A DNA stretch of 54,169 bases, filler included, from Sphacelaria rigidula (GCA_964200075.2; 4 parts of 4 records of this genome joined end to end with filler, not necessarily neighbours in it), one strand, 5' to 3'; positions 26,149 through 39,363 are shown, counted from the first letter of the whole stretch. Notes: generated from the letters alone by a model not told the origin. Numbers and translations: made by a program.

Positions 26149-27038
26149 GTGACATGTCCAACTGTGAAGTCACTGTCTGTCACGGGTAGGCCTAGAGACC
26201 GAAGATTCGCCGATATCCCCTGTCACCTCTGAATGTTTCGAGTCGGGGCCCGAAATGTTTCAAGGGTCAGACAAATAATGGTTCGTCTGGAAATCACTTG
26301 GTTTCAGTATAAATGATTCGAATCGTACGAATCAATCCTCGCAGCCCAGACACATGGAATGGCGCAAAAGTTGCGTGGACACCCCTTGGACCAGGGGTGA
26401 ACTTCTTTCTCCCTTTTTGGGCAATCAGGCCGAAGAAATCGTGGATTTGGTGGTTCGTAATCGTGATGATTCGTCCTAACCGTGAAATGTTTGCGCGTGA
26501 TTCGTAACGGCACTTTCCATACTCACCTCTTTCTTTCACATTTTTTTTGCTGACTTTAGTTCGGTTTTCCACCCTGAAATGTACTTGAGCTGGTCGTAGT
26601 TGGGCAGGAGCTGGCATTTCTTGGAGGTAACCATGATGGTGGTCGAGCGAGTTGAATACCTTTGTGCAGGGTGAACAGCCGCAACTCGACGCCAAGAGGA
26701 TGATGGTATAGCGCATTGTTTCAAATGGTGAGACACCAAGGAGGCAGTGCAACCCCGTGCCTATCTCCACAATTGGCGATATCAGAACATGAAGCAACTC
26801 GTTGGAGGCTGTCATCTGTACCTATATGCAAAATAGTGAACGCGATTTTGGCTGAATGACCTCGCTGTTACTAGAATGCCGCTCACCTTTGATACGACTA
26901 GCCGAGGGCATCACGGCGCTTTCCGCTTGTTGACTGCAAGCTTGGTCCGGCGAACACCCGGCGTGCTCCGTCCCGGCTTTGTAGGGATGCGAGGTCAATG
27001 GTCGTATGACTATGGCATGCATGATCATGAGTACACCC

Positions 27039-27138
27039 NNNNNNNNNNNNNNNNNNNNNNNNNNNNNNNNNNNNNNNNNNNNTTAATTAATTAANNNNNN
27101 NNNNNNNNNNNNNNNNNNNNNNNNNNNNNNNNNNNNNN
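27039..27138. other. Artificial contig-join spacer
   Basis: 44 N + TTAATTAATTAA + 44 N. Confidence 0.97.
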
Positions 27139-28119
27139 TCCTCCATGGCCCCACCACTCTTGAGTAAAAAACGGGCGGTTCTATCTTTCCTTGGGGGGGG
27201 GGGGGTATTCATAATGCCCCACATACAATCCGTATTCCCTGCCCTCGCCATCATATCAAGCATTTCACACCATGTGGACCTTTTGCTACAGAACATTGAC
27301 ACCGACCCGTGGTTGGCCCATCAATCGTTCGTGCTTGACGGGCAAGACCATGGCCGCCATGACAACTGCACCCGTCGCACAACCGGACAGAGGCATACAC
27401 ACTGCGACGCACATGATCCTGTCCTGCCGAAGCAACACTGTCCGTCGCACGAAAGCGATCAAGGCGCCTCCACGTTGAAATACAAACATGAACGTTTTTA
27501 CCTCCAACATTATAGAATCGCGAAGTTAACACGCACACCCGCATTGCGTCGACTCTCGTCAGATCTTCTTCGCTAATTATCACGTACGTCCTCCCGCCTT
27601 CAAGGGCGGAAACCAGATTCTGCTCGAAAAGATCTCCTCTGAACGAAAAGGTGTCTACAAAATGCGGCCATATACGCGCGCAATTGACTTTACATGCTAG
27701 ATAGTACGTCACGAACGCTCCGCAGTCTTGCGTGTGTACATGTCAGTCGTGAGTCTGAGAAATTCGATTTGTCGCGTAAATGAAACAAACAAAAAACAAT
27801 ACAACACACCTTGACAAAAGAACAATAACAAATACCACAAGGAGAGCAGGGTCAACACCTCACTCACGCTGGATATTAACGCAAGCTATGACAAAAACGG
27901 GCACGCACGATGTTTCTTGGATGGATGGTCAATGCTCCAAATTTTACCGTCACCTCACCCGCGTGGGGCAAGCGGAATCTGTAGAAAAAAAAGTGGTGTC
28001 AACTAAAACAACGCCGAAGACTGCGTTGACAAAACGAACACAATTGTACACGATCAAGAGTACATACAAACTTACCCCAACTTACGGGACAGAGGAAGTA
28101 TTCTTATATTCAGATGTAC

Positions 28120-31100
28120 CTGGAACTTGGCGTTAAAGCAGTCCGCCCGCTTGAAGACGTACGTGCCGTAGCGGTCGACAAAGGAGCGGAATGGTGCACC
28201 TTCCTCGTTGACGTTGCACAGCACTTCGGGGTCAAAGAACCGCCGACCCGTTTTCCTGTCCCGCTCGCGACTCATCTGTCATCATCCACGAGACGAATCA
28301 GACCACGTGAGCACCATGGTGACACTAGGTAGAGCTAAGACGCGCGGGGTGAGTGATCAAAAGCTCATGATGGGCAATGGAAGAACGAAAACACACACGG
28401 ATACACAAATATGAGTCGAAGCGGATCCATCTCAATAATGTTACCGAGGACACGTCATCAATATCAGTACCGTACAACGGTGATGTGGAGAGCGCACAGC
28501 ACACGGATTCAATCAACCAACCAACGAGCACAACCGAAACGCCGTTCCCAGTCGACAAAATCCGCTCGACATGAAAGCTCGGGCGCAAAGCCACCAAAAG
28601 GAGAACGGCGTGATACCACCAATAGAAAAAAAACTATCTGGAAAACAAAAAAATGGCGATACACGAAACACAGAAACATACACAGGGGTACCTTCCCCAG
28701 AAAGAGCTTAAGAACGTCATGGCTCTCCACGGACAGTTTCTGCAGGATGCAGTGCAGCAGGTACACGGCCTTCGACACCGTGCGCCAATCCGGTTCGCTC
28801 ATCTTTGCCCACAGCTTGCGCAGCAGGACCCTGCCTCCAACAAAGTAGCAAAAATGGAATCAAAGACACTCCAGCGGGTGAACACACCACGCGCGAACGC
28901 CCGGAAGTACACGGTCAAGCGACAGGACCGAAAAGGCCAACCCTCTACCTGGAAAAAAATAGAGAGTAGCGTCACCACCCCTGCACCCCCCCCTCTCACA
29001 TACCCGCTGCTACACAAGAAGTGGGGCAGAGGGTCTTTTTCCATGCTCAAGCGAACTGACCGGGGAGTCTCGTCAACGCGTGTACTACCACCACACATTA
29101 ATTTCAACACATATATTTCCACGAATCAATTACCGTACGTCGAAAACTGCGAATGCGCACGATATTTCTCGAAGCCATTTGCACATACTCTTATTGCCTC
29201 CCGTGTTCTCCCTCTCTCGAAAAGCGGCTTGAAAGATCCCACTTTGCTTCCCACAGACGCACACACACACGCGCGCTGGTGAACACATGTGTTCGGAGAG
29301 CGGCCGCACACATATTCACTATATGTTTCGCTTCCCAAGATCAACAGCACCTGCACACGCGAAGCGTCGATTGGTTACCCTAGATAGAGTCAAACACCGC
29401 GCACACCTGTGCTCAGCGCTATTCTTGGTCACGTCAGTGTCGAGCTTGAACTCTTGGACGGCCTCAACGAGCGAGCGAACCTTCGCGTTTTTCGAAGACA
29501 TGACAAGGGACATGAGACACAACAAACAACGCGTTGCGGATAACGAACCACGAGCTCAGGATATCGAGGCAACAGTGCCGCGTGCGGCGTCGCGGGGGGG
29601 AAGGGGGGGCTGAGAACGCCATGGGTAGGTAGGTACACAGGAGGTTTGGGGAGGAGGTGAGGCAACCATTCGGCACAGCAGAAGCGTTCGCGTCAGGCAC
29701 ATATGGGTACAAATTTAACACAGCCAGTTGCAACCTGCAGGTGGCATCGCACATGCTTCGAACTCAACAGTAGCGTACAGTCGACGTCACTTGCGGGAGA
29801 GCAAGTTGCCCATCTTCAGTGCATACTATCGCGAAGTCGTGATCCATATCGGAATTGTTTTTTATCGTACGATTTTCGAGTGATTTCGGTCAACCTCCGG
29901 AAGACATGAACCATTCCGCCAGACGTTGTACAGAACATTCTCAAACATGTCTTGGACTACGAACGGAGCCGTGGCTGCCTACTAATACGCGTCGTGTTCG
30001 AAGAGAAAATCGAAAGTTGATGTACAGATGTCGCCTGGGCGACGTTAGAACACGCATACAATAATGATGCACGGAGAACAACATCGCGGGGAATTCGACT
30101 TCTTCACGTATCGGTTTTCTTTGTTACTGAACACGGATGGAGTGACGATCGTTCGCAGACATGCGCTTCCACAAAATCACGCCATGAGCAAGGAGTCGCA
30201 CTATCAATCGTCTGCCTTCAGCCAACCGGGTGGAGCATGACACTTTTTGTAAAATGGTAGTCTGCCCTCACCAAATTCTCGTCTGGAGTGGTATCGTCCG
30301 GCCAAGTGACCTTAAGCAAGGCGCTCTCCCAGCTGCCACTGACTGCAAGCTTTACCTGATATCGGACAACAGCAGGCATACCGTTATCATCCACTGCCGA
30401 GTGCGTGAGTTGTGTGTAGGGGAAAACGTTGAGGGAAGCTGTGATGAACTAAACACGTCTGTGCGCGCCCCTGGCTGGTGTGCATGATATTTGACCTCTC
30501 ATGGGAGCCGGAAAGTGTAGAATCCGCTGTGCCTGCCACAACTCGTCAGACGTGCGGCTTCCCATCTTCTCAGCTACTGTAGATCTTGATAGTGCTCACG
30601 CGGTGGGCTGCGCAAAGCCTGGGGCATTTCAACGACCTCACCCTCGGTACCTATCTGATTTTAGACTAGGGAAGGAAGGGCATGTGGTACGGGCGACACC
30701 CACTGAGCATCTTGTCGGCAACGGGAAGCAGTGGCAAGCGAGACCAACAAGCTATAGTCAGTACCCTTGAACCGTACGGTGCTGCTAGCAAGAACAGCAG
30801 TGCTTTCAACCCATGCAGCAGCAGATAGGCAGATACAGAGATGTATATCAAAACCCTCCGCCATCCCGAGAACTAACCACCTCGACATGAAGAAAGCATA
30901 GGGAGTGACTTGAGCCAGCAGCTAAGGATAACGCCATCAAATATGCAAACCCAATCCATCTTCTTTCATCACACCATCAATCGTCACTGACGTGAAGGGA
31001 ACAGAAATAGCCGCTCGAGGAACAGCCACAACCGATTGACTGCAGTTCCAAGTTTTTCACTTGCACTTTTGAACAACACCTCCTTTTCCCTTCCTCCCCG

Positions 31101-32482
31101 CTTTCATTTCTCCAACTGCACCAACAAACCCACCTCACGCTTCAACTTCTTGGTCGTGGAAGCGGCCACAGTACTCGCCTGGCCAACGGCCGCTCTCGCC
31201 GTCCCCATCTGCCTCCGCAACATCGCAGCAAGTGCAGCAGAGTCCAACGCCGGAATTTGCACCCCAAACGCGCGTCGTGCCACCGGCCCTCGCCGATACC
31301 GCGTCATCGTCCCCGGTGCGTCGCGACTGCGCTCGCGCCCACCCGTGCGCCCATCTCGGAAAGAGCGACTCCGTGCGTTTCCTGTCCATGCGGAAGGGCG
31401 GGACCGGCGACTGCCGCTGCCACCGCCGCGGCGGTGGCCGCGCGACTCCGTGGCATAGCGATCATCCCATGGGTCTTCATCATCCCTGCTACCGGCGCCC
31501 CACGCGGTGCTATCCTCGGACAAGGACGGTGCTGAGTCGTCGCTGTCGCTGTCGTAGCTGTCCTTGATTGAGGAAGACGGGGAGGATCGGGTGTGCTGCG
31601 GCGGGACGCGTTTTGAGCCCTCACCACGCGGCGGTCTTTCACGGGTTCGAGGATTGTCCCATGAAGCTTGACCATCCCAGTCGTCGCTTTCCTCCTCCCC
31701 AGAAAATTGGTCGTCGCTATCGTTGTAGTGATCCACGTCGAAATCACCAAGGTCGTCGTCTGTGTCGCTCAGGCTCAACGATGTGTCCCACCTGTTTGCT
31801 TTGTGCGGCAAGTTGACTTCATCGAATGAGCTTTCGTCGTCCCACCGGTCAGCAGTGCCCTCGTGGCTGCGTGACCATTCCCCCGTAGGATCCTCTTCGC
31901 TGTCGTCGCCATCGTCGTCGTCATAACGGGCAGGTGCTCTCCTTGATGCTGCGGGATGTCTGAGCGATCCACCCGAGGTCCCGGGGTCAAAGGGGGTTGG
32001 CACGAGTAAGATCCGATGTTACTAATAGAAGGCACCTCACACACAGTGGTATTGAATCGTAATAACGCGACGCGTGGTCAAGTAGGGTTGAGAAGAGAGG
32101 AGAGCAACAAGGCAGCATTGAATGAACGGCGAACTACATGCTGGACGAAGCGAAAGATGAATGACCCCAACGACAGCATCTGCATGCCCATCAAGTGAGA
32201 GAGGTCTAAACAACATCCTTCCACGCAGTAATAGCAGTTAGTGCAACCTGGTGTACCGTGGAGAACCACCATCGACAATTTTCGACCTAAGCTAAGCATG
32301 TAGGATAGGATACGGGGCACCGCGCACCTGGTGCCTGCGCGTCCACTTGCTGCAGGAGGACGGCGGCCACCCCGACTTCGTGCTGATCGCGCTGATGACC
32401 TAGAGGGTTGCCTAGCACTACAGCTGTTTAGCAGCAGCGGTAGTGCTGTAGCAACCAATGCAATCTTCCATGATCGACGCAT
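28120..32482 (-). CDS. ANTH/ENTH-like domain protein with N-terminal signal peptide and acidic disordered region (3'-incomplete). Exons 32482-32328, 31959-31134, 30355-30272, 29480-29407, 28830-28692, 28275-28120
   Basis: Six exons with canonical GT/AG sites and matching phases (1434 nt, 478 aa). Spliced C-terminal part: KKLKRE-VKLAVSGSWESALLKVTWPDDTTPDENL-VRSLVEAVQEF...-RVLLRKLWAKMSEPDWRTVSKAVYLLHCILQ...-FRSFVDRYGTYVFKRADCF. This matches ANTH hallmarks (lKAT..d..pp; W.v.lKaL..lH.ll; fir.Y..Yl..R). N-terminus MRRSWKIALVATALPLLLNSCSA. Confidence 0.8.
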
Positions 32483-33309
32483 GCTTTCAGAAGTACAGTA
32501 CTATGCCTATACTGCGCGTGCAGCGAGCGTGCAGGCTTGACAGGTGCCTTGACTTTGCCACGCGTTCTGTCGAGCTATTATCCAACACCATACAATCTGT
32601 GAAATTACCAACTGCCGAAACAAGCCGAAATATGAACTATTGGTATACTGTACATCGACGAGACTACTGCACAGCAGTGCTTGAAGAAAATACGTAACAT
32701 TGCTGACGGATGCCGCGTGGTACTTAGCGTACTTCGTTGTGCATCCGCCGTGGAACATGAAGGATACGTTTGACAATGAGACCGCGGTGTCGGAGAAAAA
32801 ATCATCTTTCAATTAGACAAAAGGAGGATTATTTCCAACAGCCTCTCTCTACTACTACTGTAGAGGGCTAGTGTTGGGTGTGGGACAGCTAGCGGGTTGT
32901 TATAAATTATAAAAACAAAGATGATTACTCTGAGTGCTGTGTTGCACCGCCGAACAAATCTGTCCTCATGTGATGTATGCAAATGTCTGACTACCGTCTT
33001 GTCAACGTCTTGTTACACGGGGGTCAACACTTGAGTGATTATTCCATTACTACGATTTTTTCAAGGATCTATCTGTTGATAGCGGGTCCAAGCTGGGCTA
33101 ACACAACACAACAAAAAATCATGCAAACCACACTTGTGCTTAGAGAGTATACCGTATACTACTGTACAGTACACGAAACGAACTGAAACTCGACGACAAG
33201 TTTTGCATTCCTTTGGGCGCAAAGCGAAGCGAAAATAGGACAGCAGAAGCTAAGGCGGTTCATTGGTGAAAAGGCACTGCACTTGTTCACACGCCCCTGC
33301 CATAGAGAT

Positions 33310-35950
33310 ATGTTAATGCCCAACAGCAGCAGTCAAACCACTGCAAGTCGGCGACGTCTTGCGAATGCCCACAACGGGGGTGATATCATGTCTAGGACTT
33401 CCCTCGCAGGATCAGGGGAAGCAGACATCGAGAGCAGCACCAGCGGTCACGATGACGGCCACAACGAAGAGACGCACACGATGCCCGCCATTCTGGTGGC
33501 CCTCCCGGAGCATCTGCTCGTCCTCGCAAGCGAATGGCTCTTCGTCAAGGATCTGTTAACGCTGAGAGCGGTTGACCGCAACTTTCATGCCATCTCTAAA
33601 AATCAGACACTTTGGAAGGGGATGGCGAGGCACCTATGGCGGGCTGCTCTGGTCGGCAGAGCTGACGACGGGTATGGCTTGCTGGACAATTGTGATGCCC
33701 GCTTACAGCACCAGGAGAAGGACAACGCCGGTGCGCATGAACGTAAACCCTGTACTTGCGTTTCTGTTGTGTCTATTGATGTTGCCATTCCTGTGCCGAA
33801 CGCCCGCAGGCTCGAAAGCCAGACGCTTTTTGCAAGTACTCTTACAATCAGTTCGTACACAGTCTGAAAGCAGGACACCAAATCATGAACGCGCAAATTT
33901 CCTGTTGCACCCTGTACTGTTTTTGTCTTTCCTGCCTTCAGTATATATATGAGCTCGTTTCCATTTTGAACGACGCGCTGCAGTCCTCAGTTCCAGTAGA
34001 GTTCAGCACCAGTTCGGCGCCAAAATATAATGGTTACAACCACAGAACACTAGTATACGGGCATTGTACTGTTCTCTGTGTTGGTTCTTTGGTCTAGACC
34101 ACCGCATCTAGATCTTTGGAGGGTTCAAAGTCCCAAGCGCTCGCCCTGCCGTTTTTGCCGACACAAAAGCACCCTTCGCTTATGGGACAGACGCTACATA
34201 TCTCACTTGCCCGAACGTTGTTGACCTTGCTTGAGTTGTGGTTCGCGCTAGGATTAGCGTCAGTTTTTCACACGAGCACGCTGATGTCGGTTACAGTAGG
34301 TGACACGCGTGAGTGCCAGGTCCCTATGTGGGACGTACGTAACACCGGAGATCGCCGTAATTTCAAATCCCCCCCCCCCCTCTCATGGTTTCTAGCTCAT
34401 GGGGATCGCTGTCAAATGCTCATGAGCTTGATGACATCGAGGCCCGCGCAGCAATTTTTGCGTGCATGACCTCGGGGCTTTTGCCGCAACAGCTGTACGT
34501 ATCTCGAGCACATTATTACCTGCACGTAACTACCTCAAACGGCCGTATCCGACATGGATTGAAACAAAGCTTGATATGTGTTACTCTTGTACGCCCGCCT
34601 TCCTCATATCCGTACGGTATCAAACCAAACCAATCCGCTGGGCCATGCGCACTCAATGAATGGATGGGATATGGCCGTTAGAAGCTACAGGGTCGTCACC
34701 GAGATATATGACAGCCCGCGGTGAGAGTCTTGGGCATACCAGTGCGCCGGCGTTTATTGGGTCTTTCCGCTTCCGGAATGGCTCAGAAACATGGCCTTTT
34801 GGTGTCTTTGTTCATTGCCAGCACTAGGCTTTTTAGCCGTATGCGTATTTTTTTCAATCAATCCCTTTTTTCAATGCACAGTATCCTTTTTTTCGTGGTT
34901 TTAACCTTTAGATCGCAAGGGTAGGTCATCTGCTGAATCGGCATCAATATTTACTGGGAGAAGTATGCCTGATGTCGATGGACTACCCGCACCGCCGTCC
35001 AAGGGTTAAGCCCCATTCTAAGTTTTTTTCAGCGATAATATGCGCACTTTATGCGCCTCCTTCGCGCCCTTGTTGTGGCGTCGTGGCAGTATGCCCTCAC
35101 GAGACGAGCCGTCTAGCATGAGGAAAATACGACATCTTGGGTATTTGAAGTTTTTAAGTTTGTTTTTGTTGAAAAACAGAATTTTTCATACGTTGGACGA
35201 GTACGAGTGCCACTCGTGGCACTCGCACTCGTTGGGCTGCTCGTTGGCCGAAAAATCAATAGGGCGAGCACTCGAGTCATTGCTCGTTGTGCAAAAAATG
35301 AATAGGGCGAGCACTCGAGTCATCGCTTGTTGTGGAAGAAAATAATAGAGCGAGCACTTGAGTCATCGCTTGTTGTGGAAAAGATTAATAGGGCGAGCAC
35401 TCGAGTCATTGCTCGTTGCGGAAAAATCAATAGGGCGCACACTCGAGTCACTGCTCGTTGTGCCTTGGTAAAACACCCACGAGTGCACTCGTTTAAACTA
35501 GTAATGACTCGTCCGACCTGTGCAAAATTGTCGATCAGACGAGGTGCGCGGCGAAAATACGGCAGATTATTCACAACAGTTGACCAATTGACGATGCCAG
35601 AGTCTTCTTTTTTTTACTCGCACCATCATGAATATTTGATCGAATTTGGCAACTTTACCGGATAAATGATGTTGAAAAATAGACGCCGGGTGGTTCAAGG
35701 AGTCAGGCCAATCTACTTTCATCACTGCAGAAATGGACGCTGGGCATTTTGTGCTGGCGGGCGTCCGCACAAGACTCCAACTGCCGTGCGGGTTTCGAAG
35801 GATGCACCATTTCGCGCGCACTTGAACAAACGAGCCAATCTCGAACGCGGTATAAGCGTAACACAGAACCGCATCTGCTGTGGAAACACAGACGGTCGGC
35901 AAGTATCACGGGAGAGTAACATACTTCGGTTGCCGAAGAAAAAAAAATGA
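33310..35950 (+). CDS. F-box protein, multi-exon (exon 1 33310-33730; tentative later exons include 34396-34494, 34691-34720, 35731-35950)
   Basis: ILVALPEHLLVLASEWLFVKDLLTLRAVDRNFHAISKNQTLW fits the F-box consensus (LP.E.l..I...L...dL.....V.r.f..l.....lW). The last three candidate exons are phase-compatible; the middle exons are unresolved. Confidence 0.65.
34905..35005. mobile_element. piggyBac-like MITE copy (opposite orientation to 4874-4971)
   Basis: TTAA|CCTTTAGATCGC ... CATCTGCTGAATCGGCATCA ... GTCCAAGGG|TTAA, with TTAA at 34901-34904 and 35006-35009. Confidence 0.75.
35251..35462. repeat. Minisatellite, 5 x 42-43 bp
   Basis: AATAGGGCGAGCACTCGAGTCAT(T/C)GCT(C/T)GTTG units start at 35258, 35301, 35344, 35387 and 35429. 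Confidence 0.9.
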
Positions 35951-36594
35951 CTGAAATTTCGGGGCTGTCTACAGGTATCAGGACTGCGAAATAGCGAGTT
36001 TGATCCAGTGTCGGCTAGCCGTACAGTGATCTCAGCCCTCACTGGCTCGCCTGGAAGACGCTGGGACGGTCTGACGAAGCGTGATCCCGGGATGCATGCA
36101 AAATCTGGGAGCACTGACCGCTTGCTAGTGAAGTAGGCTTGATTTTGTGGGCTTTGTTTCAGCCCACTTGTTGTCGCCCTGACAAACGCTTCCTAGAAAA
36201 TGTTCATCTCCACATTCCAACAGTCCAGGTACTCGCACAGTATCGGCCGGGGAAGGGTCTTTGAGAAATTAAAACGTGCTATATACCCTCTGAGAGGATT
36301 CTAGGGCACATCTCCGATATCTAGTCCGCGCAGTTCGAGTCCTACCCAGTATTTACTCTCAGCACAACTGAGGGAAACCCTGCCGTCCCTCCAAGAGCTG
36401 AAGAGATTCTCACGGAACATGATGTTTTGAGCTGCATAAAAATCGATAGTACGGCCAAAAGTCAAACTGGGCGTACGAAAGATGAGAAAAGTACGCTGGA
36501 ATTTTCTCGGAGAGTAAAACAACAGCTGGTCGTCCCGAGGAGGCACAATCTGATGACTTCATTTTCAGGCAGAAATCGGTGCTTCAGATAAATG

Positions 36595-36750
36595 CTTTCA
36601 ATACTGTGCCCGCCTTTCTTCTCATCGCAAGAAGAGTTGAGTGGCCCCTTTCCCTTATCGATCGTGAAATCGATTCTTGTGTACCCACGATATGGTCGCT
36701 CTCCATCGTCTGGTGGGCATGATGTGAGAAAAAATCCTAGATCCCAGATC
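36595..36750 (-). mobile_element. Internal fragment of the SINE-like family
   Basis: TGTGTACCCACGATATGGTCGCTCTCCA ... GGGCATGATGTGAGAAAAAATCC matches 14895-14950 and 40219-40275. Confidence 0.7.
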
Positions 36751-37458
36751 TCAGATTGTATGACTTCAGGTGGCGATGCGGGTAAGATGCGCAAGCACTC
36801 TCACGAAGGGGAAAAATTGGCGTATTTCCATCTCCTTTAATTCGTTGCTCAATTCAACTCGCAAAACAAGACCCAACTACACGGCACCTCGTCTCCCGTG
36901 CCACACGCACTCTACAAGCAATCGCGTGCGCGAGCATAGAAGCCTGTTCATCAATAGCGCCAACAGACAAGAGTGTCGAAGCGAATGAACAAGGTACCAG
37001 GTGGAAGAACGGATAGTCCGACTCGACCGGAGGACAGATACACAAACCATGGGTGTTGCTGTATCGCTCTCAATCGCCCTCACAAACTACAACTAGACAG
37101 AGTTCGGCTCAATCCAACGCGAACCTCACACCAGCACGCATTCTACCGTGCAGACGATAAATGCGCAACCGGTCCACCGGACAAAGTCACGCATAATAAG
37201 AATAGAAAAACGGTCACGTTCATCACCCACAGCACCCGGCCCAACCCCCGACAACAGGCCAAGACCGACAAAAAAACTGGTTCAGTCCGTAACAAAATTT
37301 TCCCGACAAACAAGATTTACACGAACAGCACGGTACTCCGTACAGAAACTCACACATTCCGGACAAACACAACACGCCAAAATACTCACAAACACCAACA
37401 CGACACGACCAAGGGCTCTCCACAGTCACCCCTCACCATCCACCGCGATGACAACAAT

Positions 37459-38238
37459 TCAGCAAGTCTTCTTCTGTGTGATGTACGTCGATTGCGCCTC
37501 AAGCTTCCCCAATTTTCCTCCATTGAACAAGTATGGCTCCTTGTCCATAACCCTGGAAATCACGTATAGCGTGCACGCCAACACAACTGCCACGACCGCA
37601 CCAACCCCGAACATCTGCAACCACGCCCCCTTCGACTGTACATATCCCGACACACTTTCAGAGGCAGTTGAAGCAATATCGGAGGCCTGGCTCCATGCTC
37701 GGTCTAGGATAGCCTGCACGTCATGAGGCTCCGGTGCAGCCTTCCCTGAGGGTCCCTTAGCTTCCGCAGTTCCTGATCGGTGTGTATGTGGGGGGCGTAA
37801 AACGAGGCGAAATATGTTGTAGTTGTAGTCACATTTGCGGCAAATGCCGTACCATAACAGCAACAGCGGCTTAATGTAACAGAGTTGGCGGGAGAGCAGA
37901 ATGGTTCGAGTGGCCGGGTAGTGATTGGTTCGATGGTGTTGACATGGTGTTGCGAGCGCTGTGTTTTCGGCAGTTCGTGGTAGCGTGTCGAGTGATCAGC
38001 ACGCTATTTTCGAGAAGCTCGGAGTAAACGTGTTGTACTCAACTTGGAGGAGGTGCGAAACAAACCATGTGATGATGCAACAAGAGCAATGTTCGGGGGC
38101 AAACGCCGAGTGTAACTTTCTTCGCAATGCTATACAGTTTGGATACAGTCACTACTGCTTACCCAGCATGAAGAACGAAGCCATGAAGCACACCATAACC
38201 CATGCACTTGAGAACATGTCGTTTTGTAGCCGAGCCAT
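37459..38238 (-). CDS. Small single-pass membrane protein of unknown function (129 aa; exons 38238-38163, 37772-37459)
   Basis: Exon 1 MARLQNDMFSSAWVMVCFMASFFML-G|GTAAGC (signal-like) joins in phase 1 to CAG|GAACTGCG. Exon 2 has the hydrophobic segment WLQMFGVGAVVAVVLACTLYVI and ends QKKTC-stop. Confidence 0.6.
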
Positions 38239-38892
38239 TTTGCCCCAGTTTGAAAAACAGTGCCGCTCTACTGCTGGCTTCTTGTGGCGTGGTGGAGACG
38301 ATTCACAAGGTACCGTTGTCGAGGGAGCTTCGATGAATGCTGATGCAATGTAGCGTGGTTCGATGTACTTGATCCAGCACGCACGCAAGCACACCAGCGG
38401 GTTGCAAAACGCTCGTGAATAGACTGGCGCAAGGTGAGGTGACAACAGCAATGCGGACAGATATCGCGCACGCTTTCTCACCGTCTCGGCTCTCGAGTTT
38501 GTTTTTCATTCATGCATTCGATTAGTTTACAGTAGAAACCCGTTGGTCAAGGAATGTACATCTTGATTATTGTATAATCGAGATAAATATTGACTCAATA
38601 TTTTTATCAGTACGATTGTCATGCTTTGAAGATACTCGTCGACACGTAATAAAGTGGTTATAGCGGTTAATTCGAAGCAAGTAGGGAAGTTACCATGACT
38701 GGTGAACCAAGCCGGGTTTTACATTTTCCTTCATTGGCTGCCCTGCCGTTTCTTCCGCCGACTTTTCAGTTCAACCGCGGGTTTCAATAGACGCCGTTGG
38801 CGAAAATATTCGAAACATGATCCTGTGTCGCCCAGTCAACTGCGCACACCTCGCTGACTGCGGGAAAGCAGAGGGTCCCAAGCCCGGAACCG

Positions 38893-39363
38893 ATGACATC
38901 GCGTTCATCGCTTCTGGGTCGCTCGGCTGCATCCCTCGCCACCATCGCGTGTAAAAACAATCTCAGCCATAGCATCACGAACGGCGCCTGTTTGGCTGCT
39001 TTTACATCCCTGCCATCTTCAATCGGCCCTGGTAGCAGTACCTTCAAACCCCCGCCGCGAGATTCAAGGCTTTACTCGTTGTCTCTACGATACGTCTCGA
39101 CGTCAAGGCGTTCAGTTACCATGTCCGCGGCATCTGAAAATCCGGTGGCAGATTTGAAAGAAGAGGGTGCCACCGAGTTGAAGATGGCTGTCACTAGCTC
39201 AATAGCGGAGAATTTGGAGGCCGTGCGTAAGCGGGTTGCTGCGGTCACGGCCGAGGTCGAAGGGCGGAAGCAACCTAGGCTCGTAGCAGTCAGCAAGACC
39301 AAGCCAATCGATGATCTGAAAGCAGCATATGCTGCGGGGCAGAGGGTCTTCGGAGAGAACTAC
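38893..39363 (+). CDS. PLPBP: Pyridoxal-phosphate homeostasis protein (YggS/PROSC family), exon 1; gene runs off the contig
   Basis: [12 protein letters not shown] ... [11 protein letters not shown] ... [13 protein letters not shown](V) are the YggS family signature motifs, including the PLP-binding lysine. Donor TAC|GTGAGT at 39363/39364. Confidence 0.93.

Noticed and set aside
27145..27712. Next exon of the ANTH-like gene
   Set aside because: No phase-0 acceptor giving a convincing open exon was found; the gene probably continues beyond the contig.
35251..35462. CRISPR-like array
   Set aside because: Units are contiguous 42-43-bp tandem repeats without unique spacers; there are no cas genes and the context is a eukaryotic intron.
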